Positions 8,395 to 13,063 of a stretch of DNA of 13,063 nucleotides are shown here, piece after piece (the stretch's first letter is position 1; each line of letters opens with the position of its first letter). The translations under genes were made by a program, and so were the position numbers. The stretch covers positions 1-13,063 of the forward strand of contig JBJCIZ010000114.1 of the NCBI GenBank assembly GCA_051294375.1, given 5' to 3'. This DNA is from Paraspadella gotoi. Taxonomy: Eukaryota; Animalia; Chaetognatha. The notes below the pieces were generated by a model. The model was not told the DNA's origin. It saw nothing but the letters and a program-made list of their open reading frames with translations, and searched no databases.

Positions 8395-11300
8395 ATGGGA
8401 TTTATTTCAAACCAAATAAAATGTCTTCTGTGTTTTCTGTTTTACGCCAACATCAACGCCAACGTCAACGCCAACGTCAACGCCAGCACTACGTCGAAAC
8501 TTTGTCGTCTGTTCTGTACTCAACTTCAATTTGGGGGACATAACATTGATAACAATGTGAATTGCGCCTGGGGAGAACAATTCGTCAACGGAATGTATAC
8601 GGTGCAAATAAGAAATGCCCAATGTAAAAATCTCACCAAGCACGCGGTAAGCAATCTGGTGTCGCTTCGTACAGGACTGCTTCTGAATTTGAGCTCCGCC
8701 GATAAGCTTCTTGTCGTACCTGGCGGAATCGAGATAATAGAAGATGAATTTCTGTCGGGGATGGAAGCCCTCAGAGCTTTGTTTATTTATGGAAACAGAA
8801 TAACGCGTTTACGATGGAATCTTTTTGGTAGAATAAGAATGGAAGAGATTCATCTTTCAGAAAACCTAATCTCCGACATCGATGACATTGCTTCGAAACG
8901 TGGTTGGTCTACAAACGCTTAATCTCAGAAATAACCTGATAAAGGAAGTATCGAACGCAACTTTCCACGGCCTGAAGGATTTGCATATTTGTACATGACG
9001 GAAATCGTTTGGTCTGGATACAAAAAGACGCTTTTATCTCTCTCAATTTAACAAGAACTGTGGTTGGATAAGAATCATATTATATTTTTCGACCCGGGCA
9101 TTCTGAGTGAATTGGTAAAACTAGATTTTTTGAATTTAACCGATAACTTTCTGAAGGACATAAAATTCACGAACGAGAGTCGCTCCTTGCGAAAATTACT
9201 TTTGAATTTAAACGAAATAGAGTATTTGTCGAATCGATCTTTCGTTGGTCTAAAGACCCTTAAGTCCTTTGATTTGATGGACAATCCATTAATTTTCATC
9301 GATGAAGGAACATTTTCCTTTTCGAGTTTTCTGACTCGGTTAGCCGTGGGTCGTTGTGACGCAAACACAGCATTTTGTCGTTCAGGTGACTATTTTCAAA
9401 TTCACAAAAACGTTTTTTCTTCGGCTCAACTGCTCTATGGGTCTTTTTCGATAGCCTCGCTCGAATCCCCGAGAATCTATTAACGAATTTCAAGTCAAAA
9501 TCGCTGGTTTTAAAATTAAGTAATATTTCGAAAATAGAAGCAAAATTTCAAAAACCTTGGCCGAATAAATGAATTTTCTATTATATTAGGCAAGGTTTCC
9601 AGTGTGGAAAAATACGCTTTTGAAGAAATGCGATTAACAACAATTATTAATCTTAGTAATAACCAAATTAAAGTTGTGAGAAATTGGTTCAAAAGCTCCT
9701 CCGCTTTGCGGCGTTTAATCTTAGTTTTAATTATATATCCCACTTTGACGATGATTGTTTCAGTAATTTGGTAACCATTGAAACAATTGAACTTGATGTT
9801 AATAATATAACAGTAATAAACAGAAAGGCATTTGGTAACCTTCAACAATTACGAAATTTAACCTTACGTATAAATCGCATCTACACTCTGAACGAATTAG
9901 GTCTCCAAAATATTAGATCCATCAATTTGTTAGATCTGACTTCCAATAATTTACAATCTATCGAATTGTCAGTTTTGAGTTTATACATTGACACTTTGAG
10001 GCTTGAAAACAATAAAATTCGTCGAATAAATTGCGCGAATTTTTTGTTACGTTAAGAATCTTGAGCTTAATTCCAATTCGATTGAAAGGATCGAAAACGA
10101 TCTAAATTGTTTCAACGTTATAAATTCACTAACAAAATTAAGTATTTCATACAATATGCTTAATTTTATCAATCCGTCCGAGTTTTTTGGATTCAAAAGA
10201 CTCGACACTGTTTACTAAAATCTAACACTTTCAAAACTTTCCAATTTGTTGCGAATCTTGAACATTTAAGTAGACTCGATTTAAGTCGGTCAAGTAGCGT
10301 TCAATCTTTTTCAAAAGAAGTAGTTCGAGCGTTTGAATCCACGACTAATCTTAAATTAGATGGCATAAGATGGCCGTGTCCATGCGGAACCGAATATTAC
10401 CCCATGATGGAATTTTCTTAAAAAAAAATATGAGAAAATTCCATGTTGTCCGATTTTGTGTAAATGCTCACATAAGGAAAAACTTCATAGAGATTGATTG
10501 TTCTGAAATATATTATCGGGTTTATATAACTGTTTTTACTTCAATTGCTCGCTGGACTATTCATTTAAAGGAAATCATTCGAACTTTTACTTTTCTAATC
10601 ACGAATTAGTACAACAATTAAATATTAGTTATAATAACCTATCCTACCTAAACTTTACCAAATTCAAAGACGTGTCAAACTTGAAATTATTAGACTTGTC
10701 AAACAACAAATTTTCCAAAATTTCATCAAACCATTCGACAATATTAAAAAGAATAGCTAAAGTGATTTTTGATGGAAATCCATTTGGCTGTTGGTGCGAT
10801 TCTGAAAATATTGAATCAATGAATTTGTTGTATCAAAATAACTTTCTTACGCATTGTTGTCCCTTGAAATGTAAGTGCTCTATTCGAAATGGTTATTTTT
10901 ATGTTGATTGTTCAGGAGAGATATTTTCCAAACTTTCTCGATGCTACCCTTACGACCAGACTTATTTAGATTATTCAAATACCAATTTTAACTTATCTTT
11001 TGAGAGCGTAAAACGAGGATATAATATTCATGCTCTTGTTTTGAAGAATAATAAATTGAGCAGTCTGTCTAGACTTGGATTGATTAAGCTCTCTAACTTA
11101 AAAATTCTAGATCTGAGAGAAAATAATTTTCAGGTCATTGAACCTTCAATTTCGTTGATATTGGAAATATTTCTGAATGTATTTAGATTTTAACCCATGG
11201 CAGTGTAGTTGTGAAAGAAAATACAGCAATATCATGCATATTCTTTTGAAGAATGGCGTTCAGCATCCCTGTTGTCCAAATAATTGTCTGTGTTCAATAA

Positions 11301-12394
11301 CTGAAGCGATAACTAAGGTAGATTGCTCTAAGAAGCCTTTTAACTATTTTCCAAGTTGTTTACCTTGGCATAACACTCACATTAATTACTCAAACACGAA
11401 CATAAAAAATGATCATCTTAATTTAAAAGTAAATATGCCAAATGTCATTCTGCTCGATCTGAGTTACAATAACCTAACTACTTTAAAGTTTTTTGATGTT
11501 GAGAAGCTAAAGAATTTGCGTACAGTCGATCTCCGATTTAATAAGTTACATTCACTCAATGATCTTATTAAACTCGGTTTTATTGACCTGAAATTAGATG
11601 GTAATTATTTTGACTGTTCTTCATGCGACCAAGTTGTTAATTTTTCAAAAATATTTGAGTTTTATGAAATCAACATTACATGTAAAAACTCCACCATAAT
11701 TAAACGGCGTTCGGTCTGTTATGTTTATAATGTTGTAATTCCTTCAATCGCAGCTTCAGTTTGTTTCCTTACTCTGGCCGGTGTTTCTTTTCATTTTGTG
11801 AAAAGAGAATGGATAAAACGAGTCAATTTGAAGAAAATGAAGAGATCCCATAAATTAATTGAATTCAATTTGAAAGACAAATCAAAGAAATACGAATTTG
11901 AAAAATTACTTTTACACTTTGAGATTGTGGAAGGCTTTCAAAACGGATTGCCGAACAGAATACTTAAACGCATTTGGAATAACTCCAACGGCTTGTGTGT
12001 TGTCGAGCCCTGGCTTTGCACACTGCAAGAATTTAGTAACAAGAAAGTCTGTGAAAGTATTGAATCAGACGTCGCCATTGAAATTTCAAGAGATTTAGTA
12101 GAATCCGTGTCTCAGCTGTCATTGATTCAAGAAACAAAAATGATTGTTGACTTTGCGTCGTTTTACATATTGCAAGAAGAAAGTAGGTACAGATTAAAAC
12201 TGGGATTATTTAGTTGTGCTATTGCAGATGATCAAATTTCTCTGGAAGAAACCATGGCAATGAATGTGAAAAAGATCGGAGATATATTACGAATTTTAAC
12301 GGAATCTTTCGAGATCAAAAACTTTTTAATCAATAACCTTATCGAGGTAGCAACTCATCCCGAATGGCAAAAGAGACACAAACTTGCGAGGTAG
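8395..12394 (+). CDS. Single-pass LRR receptor with a Toll-like multi-cysteine-cluster ectodomain and a non-TIR, pseudokinase-like cytoplasmic domain; ~1330 aa, apparently intronless, frameshifted in this assembly
   Basis: ATG at 8395 followed by the signal-peptide-like MGFISNQIKCLLCFLFYA. LxxLxLxxNxI repeats continue through the gaps between listed ORFs when frames are switched (e.g. GLQTLNLRNNLIKEVSNATFHGL near 8900-8980; LTKLSISYNMLNFINPSEFFGF near 10130-10195). Cysteine clusters at 10359, 10771, 11186 and 11597. TM helix VVIPSIAASVCFLTLAGVSFHFV at 11732-11800 followed by basic residues, then 197 aa of cytoplasmic tail. The true 3' end may lie further downstream. Confidence 0.85.
8444..8485 (+). 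repeat. 12-bp tandem repeat x3.5 encoding ANIN-ANVN-ANVN-A at the end of the signal peptide
   Basis: acgccaacatca acgccaacgtca acgccaacgtca acgcca. Confidence 0.9.
10359..11625 (+). repeat. Three tandem ~411-415 bp protein modules: short CxC cap, CCPxxCxCS..(V/I)DCS LRRNT, then about 3 LRRs
   Basis: DGIRWPCPC..CCPILCKCS..IDCS (10359); DGNPFGCWC..CCPLKCKCS..VDCS (10771); DFNPWQCSC..CCPNNCLCS..VDCS (11186); final DGNYFDCSSC cap (11597). Spacings are 412, 415 and 411 nt. Confidence 0.85.
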
Positions 12395-13063
12395 CTTATC
12401 GCTGGAAGCGCCTGTCTTCATGAGCACTCTACTATCTGGATGAGGATCGTAATTGTTACGCTCGGGGGATGCAACGAAAATTCGTAAACTTCCCCCATTT
12501 TTCAGCGGCGAAAAAGAAGGCAAAAGTAAGTCAGTCTGTGATCCGCAGATCGTTTTTATATTTTGAAGAAAACTGATGAACGCGGAAATTCATCTTTTGC
12601 GGCGGCGCGAAGATTGGCAATTTGAGCGTGAGTATCTCATCGAGACTTCGAGGTGAACTCTGATCCACGATTTCGCGGGAAAAAACGCGTCAAGACAGTG
12701 AGAAAACAGCGTCCATGTTTCTGCACTCGTTTCGTCAGAAACTGCCTCTCACGTCACGCAACGAGGACCGACTCCATCCGATGGCCAACAGGATTTTCGG
12801 AAATCCTCAATCCCTACCAACGCAACAAGAGCGATCATCCGGTTATTCTTATCACGAGAAGTCTTACCCGCCTTGGTTTGCCAGTCTTTTTCTTTACCGA
12901 TCTCACTTCCCAGCTCTGCGAAAGGAACGGAAAACGTACTTTCGCCAAGACGTTGGTCGGACGAGGATGGCCGACCAATGAGCCTTTCGGAACGCAGCAA
13001 TGCTGGCAACGCTGGTCGATAGGAGTGGTCTTCGCAGGATTCAATCGCGTATTTCCTAAAGAA
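12395..13063. other. Unassigned, less AT-rich, coding-like sequence (frameshifted receptor extension or a neighbouring gene)
   Basis: Higher GC than the local introns, with overlapping open frames on both strands; no recognisable motif. Confidence 0.25.

Noticed and set aside
11801-12394. TIR domain / canonical Toll-like receptor call
   Set aside because: No TIR box 1, 2 or 3 motifs are visible, so no TLR gene symbol was assigned.
8407-12523. Antisense and off-frame ORFs overlapping the LRR gene (8407-8643, 9075-9368, 9296-9493, 9516-9848, 11898-12098, 12326-12523)
   Set aside because: Shadows of the + strand coding sequence.
1-13063. CRISPR arrays, tRNA/rRNA genes, prokaryotic operons
   Set aside because: No regularly spaced repeat-spacer array or structural RNA signature was seen; spliceosomal introns indicate a eukaryote.

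Overview
AT-rich eukaryotic (probably invertebrate) genomic DNA from what looks like an incompletely polished long-read assembly, with a 10-N gap at 7624-7633. Left of the gap: a hAT-superfamily (hATm-like) DNA transposon with an apparently intact 4-exon, ~754-aa transposase gene on the minus strand (3819->552), imperfect subterminal inverted repeats and two intronic foldbacks. A noisy, insertion-rich tandem copy of 2292-4180 follows at 4205-6350 (probably an assembly artefact), then two GC-rich putative exons of an unidentified + strand gene. Right of the gap: an apparently intronless ~1330-aa single-pass receptor gene (8395-~12394, +) broken by many small frameshifts. It has a signal peptide, a long LRR array, three tandem ~413-bp cysteine-cluster/LRR modules and a transmembrane helix. 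Its cytoplasmic region is not a TIR domain but resembles a degenerate protein-kinase fold. An inverted, decayed paralogous fragment of that domain just upstream (7909-8281, minus) keeps a kinase-terminal 'KRPS..LL..PYL' motif, suggesting a family of Toll-like-ectodomain/pseudokinase receptors. All domain calls are by eye, without database searches.
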